The translations under genes and the position numbers were made by a program. Positions 25,722-39,142 of a stretch of 64,000 bases of DNA are shown here, in pieces. The first letter of the stretch is position 1; each line of letters starts with the position of its first letter. The DNA comes from Dimorphilus gyrociliatus (lineage: Eukaryota > Animalia > Annelida). The stretch lies in contig CAJFCJ010000002.1 in assembly GCA_904063045.1 (NCBI GenBank), forward strand, positions 1,262,422-1,326,421. Reading direction: 5' to 3'. Below the pieces are notes generated by a model. The model did no database searches. It was not told the DNA's origin and worked only from the letters and a program-made list of their open reading frames with translations.

Positions 25722-28700
25722 TTGTTCTAATTTAACTCTGTAAAAAAGAAAAACGATGATATTACACAACTATTCGACACCACTCCTTAGCGCCATTTAC
25801 AAAATGCGCGCCGAAGCGAAAGCGTTTATATATGTTCTGTGACAGTTTTTTCCTTAATTATGCCGTAAAACATTTTTAACAGTTCATCTTTAAAAGTCCA
25901 TAATTGACTTCGATATTTTATACTTGATATTTTAATAAATTCATACTCTAACGAAAAGTATTTAACGACAAAATTAGTGTTCTTAGACGGCCGACCGGCA
26001 AGTTGAAGCACGTGATTCATATATAGTAATCCGTGGCAGCCGGTTCTAAGGTAAAAGTAATAGTTGATTTTTTTACTCACCAATTGTAGTCTAATAAGTA
26101 TTGTTTTAACAATTGTTTAGCACAATTAATTGGTAAATTAGAGATAAAATAAGCGTCAAAAACAGTAGCCGACTGAACGCCAACCGCTACGACACGCCTT
26201 CTTGTGTATTGTGTAGGCTGACTACGCAGTCTCGTTTCTAAATATTCTCGCGTAGGAATATTACTGTCTGGGTGAGTGAACCGATGAAATTTGTTTTAGG
26301 CTGATAAACAGATGTAAATCAATTAAAGAAGTTATTCTATAATATTTCATTATTTATTCTATGCTTTTTTAAAGGTATTTTTCTAAATTTCAAATATTTT
26401 TAATAAAAAATTACTTATTGCGACTTATTTAAACAAAATAGTTCCAGAGACGCTATTTTCGCTATTTTGCATATGGCGCCAAGTCTTGGATTGCTGATTG
26501 GCTGCTAATTTTCGCGATAATAAATTTGCATTCATTAACTGAATATTTATCCGTAACCCCAAAATTCAGCGTTTTTTGCGCAGGAATGCTTAGTCTGGTG
26601 ATTGGATATTCTGTACAATTCCCTATTGAGGCTTACAACCAGAAAGTTATAGGTCAATGGTCACTAGTAGTCCCGCTCATAAATTAACACACTTTCTGAG
26701 TGACCTTCACTTTACTACTGCGTAGAAAATTTTCAGACAGCAGAATTTCAGATGCGCAAGAGATAAAAAAAAACAAGGAGATATTAGGTTATCTCTTTCC
26801 ACTCTACTCTCATATTATCGATATCAAAAATCGATAGAAAATAGCATATTTCAATTTTCCCATTATGTTTTCTCCTGTATAGGCCTGATATAGGGCAAGA
26901 TTTGCCCTACTTTGAAAAAAATTTTTCTTTGACTAATCCTGACTCTGACTTCTATAACTTTAGCTTTTGCTCTTGTGTCCTTCACCCTTTTTTTAGTGCT
27001 CAGGCAGGTGCCTGCGTTCAAACTTCAGCCAGCGGTCATTGACACCGAAACAAAAGCACCTACTACGACATAAAATTGTCGTTTCATGAAAGTCCTGGTA
27101 CCCTCATGAATCTGTCATTGCGGATGCAACAGCTGACATCTGCGATGAAGGTCGTTTGTTTGTCTGGGTTAATCTTGAAATTCACCAGGTTAGTGGGGTA
27201 TAACGCTAAAGGCGTATACGCTTCTCCGACATAGTACAATAGACGAGTATATAACATTCGTTACATCATTAGTCTGTCTTTATAGGTGAATACAAAGCTT
27301 GCACATATTCGCGAAATTTATATATTTATGTTTAACTATATTTATATACTCGGGATTATATATATTTGTATATACATACTGATTAATATGAGTAGTTTCA
27401 CAGACTCATATTGTACTCTACACTATCTAGTGTTGGGTTTGTGTACTTAATGTTACAATCTAGATTATATAATAAACGTTTCGAACTTGATAACTGTTCA
27501 TAAAATAAGATATGCTGTATTATATGAACATGCACGAGTAAGAAAATTCGATATAAACATATGTATTCGCACACCTGAACAAACGAAAAACCTTTATTAT
27601 ATGGTTCAACTTGAGGCTAAGAGTAGGGTCATGACCGCGTGATTTCATGAGAGTATGTTCTTCATCGATTATCTTATTCTTTTTAATAAAAGTCGAAAAT
27701 AGATAGACGCCTGAAACATCTTTATATAACTCTTTTAATATCGATTCCTTAACATTGTAAAAGTTTATATACATAGAAAGTAGCAGTTAAATTGCAACAA
27801 ACTATCCTTTTCATCTGGAGATAAAAATAGAAAAAAGTGCTTCTTATCAATTTTTAAACGGTAGATATAGCGGGACAAGTTTGAATTTTTTGATAAGCGG
27901 TATGAATTATATACACACTTAATTCTGTAAATTGAACATATGTTTCATTTTGAAGAGATGACGAGTGTGGGTGGCTACTATTGATATAGGCCTAAATCAT
28001 ACAACTTGTGGAAAATGGGTTAGAGAATGTAGAATGTTTAGACAAACATTCTATGGCTACCTTCTTGATATAATGTAGGAGATGTATTATAAAGGAATTT
28101 GACTAGTCTGAACTTGAAGGGTAAGAAAAATTCCTTTGACATACCGACCGTGTATCCGGTGTTGAAATCACCTACTGAGTAATTCACTATAAGCTAATAA
28201 CTGCAACCTATCCGAACAAGAAAACTTGAAGGGTCATTTGTAATTGAAGGTCTGCGGAAAAGATTGTAAACTTGAGAAAATAATAGTATAAACAGAGGTC
28301 AGTTAAAGGATTTCTATTGAACAGACTTAACACCTTTTGTTAATTCTTACTTTCTATTTTGACATTCTCTATTTTTTTGTATTGTGGATATGTGTATGGA
28401 AGTTGTACAATATACTGGGAAGTGGGGGTGGAAGAGAATTTATATGAATGAAAGTTGATATTTCGCTTCCTGCGATAAACTTATTTACACGCACCGCATT
28501 GAAGTTCGACAGGAAATAAGGGCTTGGTTGTTGTATAATTATTCACAACATTTTCAATAGTTTAGTTAAATGAGAGATATTTAACAAAGGTGTACAGGAG
28601 TGCACGTGAACTTTGAATGAACGTAAGAAAGACTTTAATAAATTCCAACTGAGAAGGAAGATCGATATAATTTTTACTCTGATCATAAGTATCAGACAGC

Positions 28701-29214
28701 AGCTGGCTTCATCGTCATTTGTTTCCTTTGTCCACCATAAGGGAATATATCAAAAAAATTTTATAATACAGTCTTTATTTACAATCGATTTATTTGATAG
28801 AGAATCATAGCCATAAACCAATAGGGGTTTTTAAAACTAACCTATAGTAGATAAATTACTATGCTTTTACAATAGGAACAATCAGCCATTAACGTTTGAT
28901 GGAATGTTTATGATTAGGAGAAGTCATGGTATTGGAAATGCACTTTTCTTAGTGCAAGTTTTGATAGATAACCGAATAATGACAAGTTTACGCAGTAGAT
29001 GGCGTATCATTTCACATTAATATTGTATTGCATTATTGGGCGTATGATATTGAACTTGACTGCATGAAATGAATACTAACAAATAATACTGGTAATTATT
29101 GGACGCAATTCAAGTATGTTCTATGGAACACAGCAAATAGTAATACTTTTCTACTACAGCAAAAAGCAAAATCTGTTTAAAGCTTCAATTAAATCAAATC
29201 ACTAATGATGATGA

Positions 29215-30310
29215 TTATAAAAGATTTTCATTTTCATTCGATATTTCAGAACTTTCGAAATTCTCTTGAGATGCTCGTAGTTTATTAAGTTTTTTCCTTT
29301 GTCTAACTTCTTCAGCGTGTCTTTCCTTTGCGCGCAGACGTTCGCGCATCTCTTTCAAACGTTCGTTTTTCTTTTCATTAGCTATTTCTTCCTTACATAA
29401 AAATTCATTTTCTTTCGACTTTTGCATATCCGCGAATTTATCCAAGGCATCCTGTATGGAACTTTTCTGAGCTTTTTCTACTCTTTCCTGTTCGTTTTTC
29501 TGAATAGGAGAAAGAAAGAAAAAACATAATCGATAAGTAATAATTATATAAATTATATGTGTCGTTCTATCTTACCTTTCGGCGAAGTTCAGCTTTTTCC
29601 AATTTAGCTTTGATATCATCCTCAGTCAATTCTCTCTTTTTCTTTTTTCTCTTTTCTAATTTCATTAGCCTTGCGGGTGGTTTTCTTACATTTAATCCCA
29701 TAGCTTGCTCATCTGACACAATTTCAAATGAAAATCCACCGGCAGCTCTTGATACCGGTCTTTGAATAAGACCTTCATTCTGAAGGTTAGCGAGGATATC
29801 CCGTTCTTCTTTCCTGATTTTCTTTGTAGCACTTGAAATCCTAGCGTATGATACCCCGCTAAGAGAGAAATCTGACATATCTCTAGGAGTCTTAAAATCA
29901 TTTTCAACTCTATTTACTTCATTTTCATTTGATTCCTCTGTAATCACTTTTGCATATTCAGGATCATCAAAACCGGAATCACAGCTATGCTTCGATACTT
30001 TTGATGTAGCAGATCCATTTCTTGAATCTAATCCTAAAGAGTCTCTTGATCCAAACAATTTACTACTTCTCAAAACAGAAGACGTTCGAGATTTACTTGA
30101 TCCGTAACGAGATACACCTGAGTTTGCTCTATCAGACTTAATAGATGGTAATTCTATTCCAGCATCTTCTCCCTCGCTATCCCTATTGGGTGCAACTTGA
30201 ACATCAATCCTTTTACTCTTTCTCTTTTTCAACAGTTTTTTAGAATCGGTGGGTGGCTTTTTATTATCATCAACCGGTTGAACTTGGCGTTTACTAGCTC
30301 CACAACCCAT
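29215..30310 (-). CDS. STMND1: Stathmin domain-containing protein with an N-terminal lipidation motif, 2 exons
   Basis: Starts MGCGAS. Motifs SRAAGGFSFEIV, KPPARL, ELTEDDIKAKLEKAELRRK. Exons 30310-29576 and 29499-29215. Confidence 0.8.
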
Positions 30311-30437
30311 TATATCTTAAATCAGTAGTTAGGAAATGAGAATTTAAAGGTAGAATCTGGAACGATCCCGAGATCTCAAAGGCAAATCAAAGAATGGCAA
30401 AGAGACTGGAACGGTATTTATGGTATTTGTTATGATG

Positions 30438-30450
30438 GTTACCGAGTAAC
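30438..30450. promoter_or_regulatory. RFX X-box upstream of the stathmin-domain gene
   Basis: GTTACCGAGTAAC fits GTNRCC-N(0-3)-RGYAAC, about 130 nt upstream of the ATG. Confidence 0.5.
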
Positions 30451-32864
30451 GGACGTAGGCCTAGCAGCTAAACAACTACAAAATTTAAAAGTGTGTGGGC
30501 GCTCAAAATAATTAATAGTTTATTTCATTATAAAATAATTCTTTTACTTTCATTGAACTTGATTCAACTTTTTTAATACAATTTTAATGAATAGATGCAT
30601 TTTTTATTCTATTGTTTAAAACAAGAATTAATAGATGGCGTTAGTGAGAGATAACAAGAAGAAAGAGCGGGAAAAATTTTTCTCCGAACGGGAATTTTTT
30701 TTTGCTGGGAGCTGTCTCAAGCGCATTCTCCTTCTAAATTACGAACGAGAATGTCGAATATAAACGTATATTGGTAAAGATTTTGTTATTTGCCTTAAAA
30801 TTTACAGCCAAATTTTTTTCCACTATTGGTAAGTGTTTGACTGTCTAGCTTATCTAGTTTCTTCAATCATTTACAAGCTTTCTGCCAGGCGACGAATTTC
30901 TCTTGCATCATTAACTTTTACAACATGGAAATATCTCAGTTGCAGGAATTTATTTGAGAAAAAAGAAGAAGAAGAAGTAGAAGAAGAAGAAGGAGAAGGA
31001 GAAGTAGAAGAAAGTAGTAAGTATATTATCAATCATATGATAATCATAGTAAAAAGAAATATCATTCGATCTTCCAAACTATGATGGGGAAAGGGAAGGA
31101 AAAGAAAAGAGGCAGAAACAATAGATTTTGTCTAGTAATAAAAAAAAAAACCCATTCTTCATTTCTGATAATATTACCCCAGTTTTTTTTCATATTTATG
31201 CAAAATACGGCTAATATTTAGGTTATCTGTAATTTAGATGAGTTAATAAGTTTTTTGGCTGGTGCAAAAGTAAATTATATTTTGTATAAGTGTCTAGCTA
31301 AGCTAACATATATATATTAATATATCAATATACTAATATATATGTAGTGTTGTACGTACATAAATGTGAGCATTTTAGCCGGCTAATCAGCTTTTGAATA
31401 TTCTTGTTCCACGCACAATAGCGAGTAACAATTTTCCAATAATATACTTGAGAGGTTGGCGATAGAAAGTGCTTTTTCTTAAAATATTCACCATCAACTG
31501 TGTAAACGACGACTGGCTTACTTTCCTTATCCCATACATATCCGTTGATATTGTTGCTATGGAAATGAAGAGGTAACGCTTTTGTTTTATTCAGGTGACT
31601 ATGAGATTAAATTCAACGAATCTAACATCCAATTCTGAAAAGAATAATTTAAGACAGTCCGAAGGAAAAGAATGGCTGATAATTTGCTGTGCATTTTCAT
31701 CAATCGTTTTTGTCCTGGTTACTCTACAGTATTTAAGGTTACTTTTCTTTATAAGACAGAAAAAAACAGGAGAAGAAGAAAAAATTGCTTTTTTTCTTGT
31801 TGATTTTATATCTTGGAGCTATATGAATGAAATTTTTTTTACAGAAAATTAAGTAACTCTCCTCAAGCTAGGAGAAAGGGAAAAGCCAGGGAGGAGGTTA
31901 AAAGGAAAAGTAAGTAAGCAATAGATGGCGCCTTTATTAAACGAGTAGGAAAGAGCAAACGCAAGAGGCCTATACTCCGGACGTTTGCTTTAATTCTTTA
32001 GTCCCTACACGCGCTCTGTTTGGATGGACTGAACTGTTTTCGATCGATCGATTTATCAGGGCGTCGACCTATAAAAATCCCTGTCCAAGCGTCTCTTCTA
32101 TCTATCAATAGAGAAAATATGGAAAATCGAATCTTATATATTTTGGTTTATATATATATATATATGGTACAAAAGTATATACTATATAAATATATATTTA
32201 TATTGGTATGTTTATAAATTATATATAGTATATACAGTATATATATATATATATATGAACTTATATATATATATAATATATATAAATATATAAACATATA
32301 TACATTTATACATTAAATTAATTTTTCAAGTTATGTTTACAAACATTTATTATTAAATTCGTAATCTACATAGAGTAATGTAACCATAAAATGAATAATT
32401 TAGTACACGTAAGTTTATTATAATAACATAGTTTAGTTTTGTATGTTGGATTCTTACAGCGTTTAATCAAGGTCTCTCTCGATAAAGAGAATGTCAGAAC
32501 GACGCCTACATAATTTTACATTTTTTCTATATATATTCGCAACAATGCGATAAAATAGGCGATTTCGTATATCATTCGTCATTGATCAGTCACACTGCTT
32601 TCGATTGCTGTTGTTGCTCTCAACACTGCACTTTTCATAGGCAAGAGGGTGTGTGCCTTCATTTGTTTAATATCTCTGAGGAGAGAGCCGATTTTTTCTC
32701 AAATTCGTTCCTTTAAATAAATATTAAACGAAGTAAGGCTCCACCTGGCGTTTCGTTGACGCCATTTCTCGTCGTCTTTCTGGAAGCTCACTCAACTACT
32801 CCCACATATAATAGACTGCTTGATAGTTATAGAGGATAATTATTTGTGATGTTCTGTTGCCAAG

Positions 32865-35864
32865 TGGCTCGAGTACGTCAAATCTACACCTCCTACGTTC
32901 CTTCTTCAACAGAAAAGGAAGAAATCGTTGTGGAGAGGGTAAATCACGATGCTGATACAGTTGGGAACTTTTTGGAGTCGTACCGAAGAAAAAAGAAGAA
33001 AGGAATCATAGAAGTAGAATTTAAGGCGAGTATAGGTTATAAAAGAAAGGCAAAAGCAATAATCCGACTAGTATATGATTGATCTTATAAACACGGCCGT
33101 CTAAAGTCGATGGACTATCCCACTGTATGGTATATAAATATAAAAGATATTCTTTAGAATTTACAGATCATTTAGATTGTAGAATGATGAAGGGTGTTAG
33201 GAAAATTAATTGAAGTGCTTGCTATATTTAACCAGTTGAACGCCGCAATTCATTTCCTTTTTCTAATAGGCCTACATGTTAAATACAGGCGTTGCACAGA
33301 ATGCGAGAGGAGCGATCAACGCAAGTTGCTCTTTTAAAAGTAAATCGGCTAAAAAATAATTCTCCAGACGTTCTTCCATGTACGTACAAATTAAAAATTT
33401 CACCAAAATAAAGTGTTTATTAATAACAAAGTCTCTTTTTCTAGGCGATCATTGTAGGGTGAAATTGACTTCGGCAATTCAAGACGACGTTGGATCAACT
33501 TACATAAACGCGTCTTTCGTAGATGTAAGTTGGAGGTCCCTTTCTCAATTCGTTTACATCTTTTAACAAACGTCCATAGGCCTTCAAACGGAACAAAGCG
33601 TATATAGCCGCGGCTGGTCCGACTAAATACAGCTTAAATGATTTTTGGGAGATGATTTGGCAAGAGAACGTTTCTGTAATCGCTATGACGACCGATATCT
33701 TCGAGCACGCTAGGGTATAATAGAATAAACATAAAATATAGATATTGTATACTCTGCATACAAACATAACAGTATATATATACAATATATTTATATTATA
33801 ACGTATATACAACTTATTAGATTCTCCGCAGAATTGACAAAATATATTAAATTCTATTTATAAATATAACAGCAACAATGTGAAAAATATTGGCACAACG
33901 AACACGCAATCTTCGGACAAATCGAAGTGTGGTTAACCTCTACCGATGTTCTTTCAAATTTTACCGTTAGACTATTTCACATTAAGGATGTTAGAACCGG
34001 AAAAAAACGATATGTTAAACAGTTCCAATATTCTAATTGGGCTGAATCAGATAAACCAAACGTTTCGTCCCTATTGGAATTCCGAAGGAGAATACGGGCC
34101 TCATACGACTTGCAAGACGGGCCTTTACTTGTCCATTGTGGTTCGGGGGGAGGAAGAACAGCTACTTTTCTAGCAATAGATGCTATTCTACGAAGAGCGT
34201 CTATAGATGGTAAAATAGACATTTTCAACTATATTCGCTTCCTAATGACCTGCAGGCAGAATTTTTTTCGTCTTATGGTATTATTATGAATAACGGTTTC
34301 CGCGGTAAACCTTTTCGATAATAAATGATGTATTCTCACACAGCAACATTATGAACTGATTTACGAAGCCGTATCTATGGCATTACAGTGTGGGAGCACG
34401 ACAATTGCGGCTCCTGCCCTAGCGACAGCAGTCCAGAAGATGGCGGAAGAGGAAGAGTTTGAAAATGAATTCTCTGCGTTAAGAAAAGTCGTTACGGATT
34501 TGAGCGTAGGCGAGTGCGCCGGGGGTCATCGAGCAGAGAACAGAAGAAAGAGTAGAGATATCATGATTCAACCTCGTAAGCGAATCAATTAGTTTTCGAT
34601 TTCTTCTCATGCCTACTAACTATAACAATAAACAGCTGAAAGATCTCGTCCGTATTTGATCACCCAAGACACGAATGAGAGTACAGATTATATTAATGCA
34701 GTTTACGTCGACGTTAGTTCTTAAGTCTTCTATTTTTTTTTAGTATTATTTAGCATACTTATTTCTTTTTCATCTTCTTTTTCCTTTCTCTTTCTCTTTA
34801 CATGTTTTTCAATTAGGGCTATCGCCGCCAGAATTCTTTTATTGTTACTCAGTGGCCTTTGAAAAGTACTTGCAACGACATCTGGCGGCTTATCTACGAC
34901 TATAACATTCCCCTATTGCTCCTTCTCAACGATCCTGCCTTCAGCAGGGTAGTACTCTCAAAAAACCTTTTTTATGCACTCGAATATCATTTTTTTTACC
35001 TTTTTTTCCCTCTAATCATAACAACTAACCCAATTTCCAATTTTGTACAATTAGAGCTATCCAAGATTCTGGCCAAAAGAGAAAGACGTCGATATAGTCT
35101 ACGGGCCGTTAATCGTAAGAATGACGGAAGAAAGTAAAACTACTCACCTAATCGTCAGATTATTTAAAATAAAAAAGGTAAAGAAATACGAAAACGAACA
35201 AAAAAAAAGGAAAAAAAAAAAACAAAATATATTTTTTTTCCTTTTTTTTTTTATTGCTATTATTTATTTAATTATATTAATTTAAACAAGAATTGATAAC
35301 TGTAATTTATAACAAAAATAATGATGAAATGGTTAGGCAAGAAGAAACTTACAGAGGTTTTTTAAGGTCTGTTATTTTTTTTCCGGTACGAGATGATATA
35401 CATGTACAGTATATATATATATATAAACTGTATATGTACACTAATATTCCCCCCGCAACATTTAGACGTCTAATGGAGATGTCATTGTTTTTTTTTCCAC
35501 ATAAAAAATAAAGAAAAACCTTCACCTTCAGTATTTGTCCTTCAACTCTATCACACAGAATAGAACTAATACTATAAGTAAAATCAAAAAAAAAAAAAAA
35601 AAAAACTATACTCTATACAAAGATAAAGAATTTCCGTGACATTGTTTTCCTATATACTTTAATACAGTTGAAAAAATACGACAATCTCGCCGACGATTAT
35701 ATTCGAGCAATGGAAATCAAACATGAGTGCGAGGAAAGGAAAAACAAAAAAGTATTTAACGTATTTGGTGCATTTTCTATGTATATATAAAAATGTATAA
35801 ATATACCTAAATACATATAATATATATTTAAATATTATCTATATATTAAGTATGTATTTGTTTA

Positions 35865-35907
<43 letters not shown>

Positions 35908-38614
35908 AAATAAATAAATGTATACACACTATTAAGCATGTAACAAAAAATACATAAATAAGAGGATTTTTAAAAAAGTTTTTTTTTTATTTTGCAATTG
36001 ATCCCCCAAAGAAAATATTGTTCTGCTATTATTTTTCTGCTTAATTCCCAATTTGCTTTGTTTTTTTTTTCTTCTTCTTCTTCAAAAAAAAAAATAAAGT
36101 AAAGAGTTTAGATGTTTTCTTTTTCTTTTCTTTTTTTTTTTCGTTTTATTTTAATATATGCATGCCGAAAGAAACATACCTGACACACATTTAATATTAT
36201 GCATAAATGAGTATTATTGTTTACACTCAATATATATATATATATATATATTTTTGGCATGAAAATAATAATAGTTAGGACAGAATATTTAAATTTAAAT
36301 TTGAAAATATATTGACTATTTTCTAAAAAACAGCGTTGGAAATACACTGACGTTAATACACAGTTGTTAGAAGCTGGGGAATTAACGGTATTTAATAATA
36401 ATATCTAGATAATGCTTCTTTAATTATATTGTCTTAATATATACGCATAAGGTATATGGGAAAACTAGATTTATTTGGCATAATTTTTTAGTTGAATTCT
36501 AGTAGCATCAATCAAAAAAAGTGTATGCAGGTATACAGTACATTATATACAGTATATACAAAATATAGCTTTTAAAAGTATTTAAATAGATTCATCTCTT
36601 AAGACGAAAGATTTCTGTATTTGACTTGATGAATTAGGCGTCTATTTATTAAGTTTGTATTGTAAATATTGTGGATTTGTCAGTGTGACCGCTTTATTGA
36701 GTCTTTAATTCCTCTTGTCCAATACACTGTAGGACGATAACGAGAAAATGGAAGGAATATAAAAGTAGAGAGAGAGGAAATAAAAGAAAAAATCAATTAG
36801 ATTAATAATTTTAATATTTCTTCTTATAGTATAATATACAGCTTTCAATATAACGCTCAGTTGTTACTTCAATAATAGAAATATGTAAAATAAGATAGAG
36901 AAGAGATATTCTACATCTATAATTATATAGGAGTTTGAAGGAAAGAAAATCAATGTTGTTATTCTACGACAGGCCAATCTTGTTTTTTCTCTTTTACACG
37001 GAAAAGGAATTTTTCAAAGCTATACGCACCATCGATAGAGCTTTTAAAAGATGTAAAACTATGAGTTTTTCTTTTCCTTTCTAGAAAGAGTCTCTTCTTA
37101 GTAATTGCTCTTGCTACGAAAATAATCAATTTTTATATTCGTATTACAAATGAAGTATTTACTTTTTTCTAAAACTATGTAAGGGACCATCATAGTGAAA
37201 ATTAACAGTTGTACAGGTGGAATTTTTATAGAGTATATGCACCAATTAGATTGGAATATATAACTATACAAATATGCCTTCATGTATAATTTACTTATAT
37301 TATACATTCTCTGACATTGCAAAATGTTATATGTATGATACTATGCTGTATATACATGCACTTGTATACACTGAAAAATAGTAAGAGAAGAATAAAATGC
37401 ACATTTTAATGCACGTTTACTTTTCCTTTATCCTATTCCATCTATCCCTTTATTGAACTATTTCATTACATATATAAACATATAACTTGGTATAATAGAA
37501 CAATACATGGAAAAAGGCGTGCGAACCATAATTTATGTATTTTTTTATTATACAATGCATTAACTTTTTTCTTTCTTCTTCTATTTTCGTTTTTCTAGTT
37601 TTCATCAATTCTCTACACAACTCTCTCTCTCTCTCTCTCTCTTTCTATCTGTCTATGCATCTATTTATCTACTTTATTATCTTTAGATTATATACAGTAT
37701 ACTGTATATATATATATCTTTTTTTTCTATTGTAGCATCTATCTCTCTCTCTCTCTTTGTCTCTCTTTCTCTCTCTCCCTCTCTCTATCTCTCTCTCTCT
37801 GTCTTTAATTAAAATCCTTTTTTAAACTATATTCATGAATATTTATCACTTTTAAATGCATGCTACTCTTTCTTTATAATAGAAATGAAACCAACTTGCT
37901 TAATTAACCATTTTAAGCTTTTTAAGAGTAATTCTTTGAAATAGACTCTGGTCTCGCTGCAAACAATGGCTTCTTCGCAAGAGGATACAATCAAAACTGT
38001 TAAAACGGTCCAAGTAAAATGCTGGCCGGACTCTCACATACTTCCTCAAGTACCCACAGCCATTATAGAACTACTCGATGACATCTGCAAGTATCAATAT
38101 GAAAGTCGCCTACCAGTATGTGTTATGTCCAAGTGAGCAGACAATTTCAATTACACATAGAATTTACTAATGATTTAATTATACTGTAAAGTACATTAGA
38201 CTGATTTCAATTTATTATTACACTGTTTTCCCCACAGAAATGGAGTAAGTAGATGCGGAATTTTTTGTTCTTTGAGCATTTGCTACGATAAATTGAAAGC
38301 CGAAGGAGAGGTTGATGTGTTCTATGCAGTAAAAAATGTCAAGACAAATCGACCGCAATTGGTCGAGAATATTGTACGTTGTGTAAATTCATTTGTTCGA
38401 TTCGACAGCTAATCAATCGTTTAACTCTCAGGTTGAATATGTTTATTGTTATACTTTCATGCTTCTCCTTCTGCAATATATTTGTGCCTCCAACGTTTCA
38501 AGTATTCCCTTGGTTGAGGGTAACGGAAACGAGGCAGAGACCCTGCGAAGGCAAACAATAAGAAAGAAAAGTGGTAGGCAGATCAAATTCATCAGTGTCA
38601 CAGCATATCTATAA
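32865..38614 (+). CDS. Receptor-type protein tyrosine phosphatase-like, tandem D1/D2 domains; 5' end uncertain
   Basis: D1: DHCRVKL, YINASFVD, DFWEMIWQENV, VHCGSGGGRT. D2: DYINAVYVDG, FIVTQWPL, CWPD, NGVSRCGIFC, VDVFYAVK, EYVYCY. Last exon 38432-38614. Confidence 0.85.
35869..35903. repeat. (TA)n microsatellite; similar runs near 1446, 14047, 18628, 61900
   Basis: Direct reading; ends approximate. Confidence 0.9.
37620..37800. repeat. Imperfect (CT)n and (TA)n microsatellite tract in a PTP intron
   Basis: Direct reading; ends approximate. Confidence 0.85.
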
Positions 38615-39142
38615 TTAAATACTCATTTTTTTCATCAGGCTATAGTAATATACAACTTAATTGGTAAGTTTTTATTTCCTTACCGGATAATCTATTTTAC
38701 ATTTATATGTATTTATCTATTATTCTTCAAACTTGAAAATCATTTGGTTGAGTACTTTATCTTTTAAGTGATGCGATGCTTATATCAAACAGCTTCAAGA
38801 GGAGGGAAGGAAAAGTCTATGCAAGGCATTTAACGCCTGAAATGCGTTCCTACATTGAAGCGACAGGTGGAGAGACTGTCTGCAAATCTACCCCCTCTTG
38901 ACCGATAGCTCAATTACAAGAGATATTGAAAATATGATATTGCTTAAAGATTTAGGTTCACTTCAATTGGCTCTATGCAAAGAAAGAGGTTGTGATAGTT
39001 AAACTCTACACACTTTGAATAATTTACAATTTTGCCTGCCAAACTGTGATGTCAAAGTCTTTACCAAACAGGCCCAGTATATATTGTTATATACGAAAGC
39101 TTCAATATAAATTATAAGCGTACAAAAGAGTCAATTCAAATA

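Noticed and set aside
25722-26081. CUG-type N-terminal extension of Myc as in vertebrates
   Set aside because: The best upstream donor (26080) spliced to the 25737 acceptor creates an in-frame TGA.
27085-27195. GAAAGTCCTGG and CCAGGTTAGT as possible RNase MRP P4 strands
   Set aside because: Spacing is short, CR-V is imperfect and other MRP motifs are absent. Kept only as a generic structured island.
27950-28330. Direct repeat AACTTGAAGGGT and possible transposon relic
   Set aside because: No terminal inverted repeats, target-site duplication or transposase/RT similarity.
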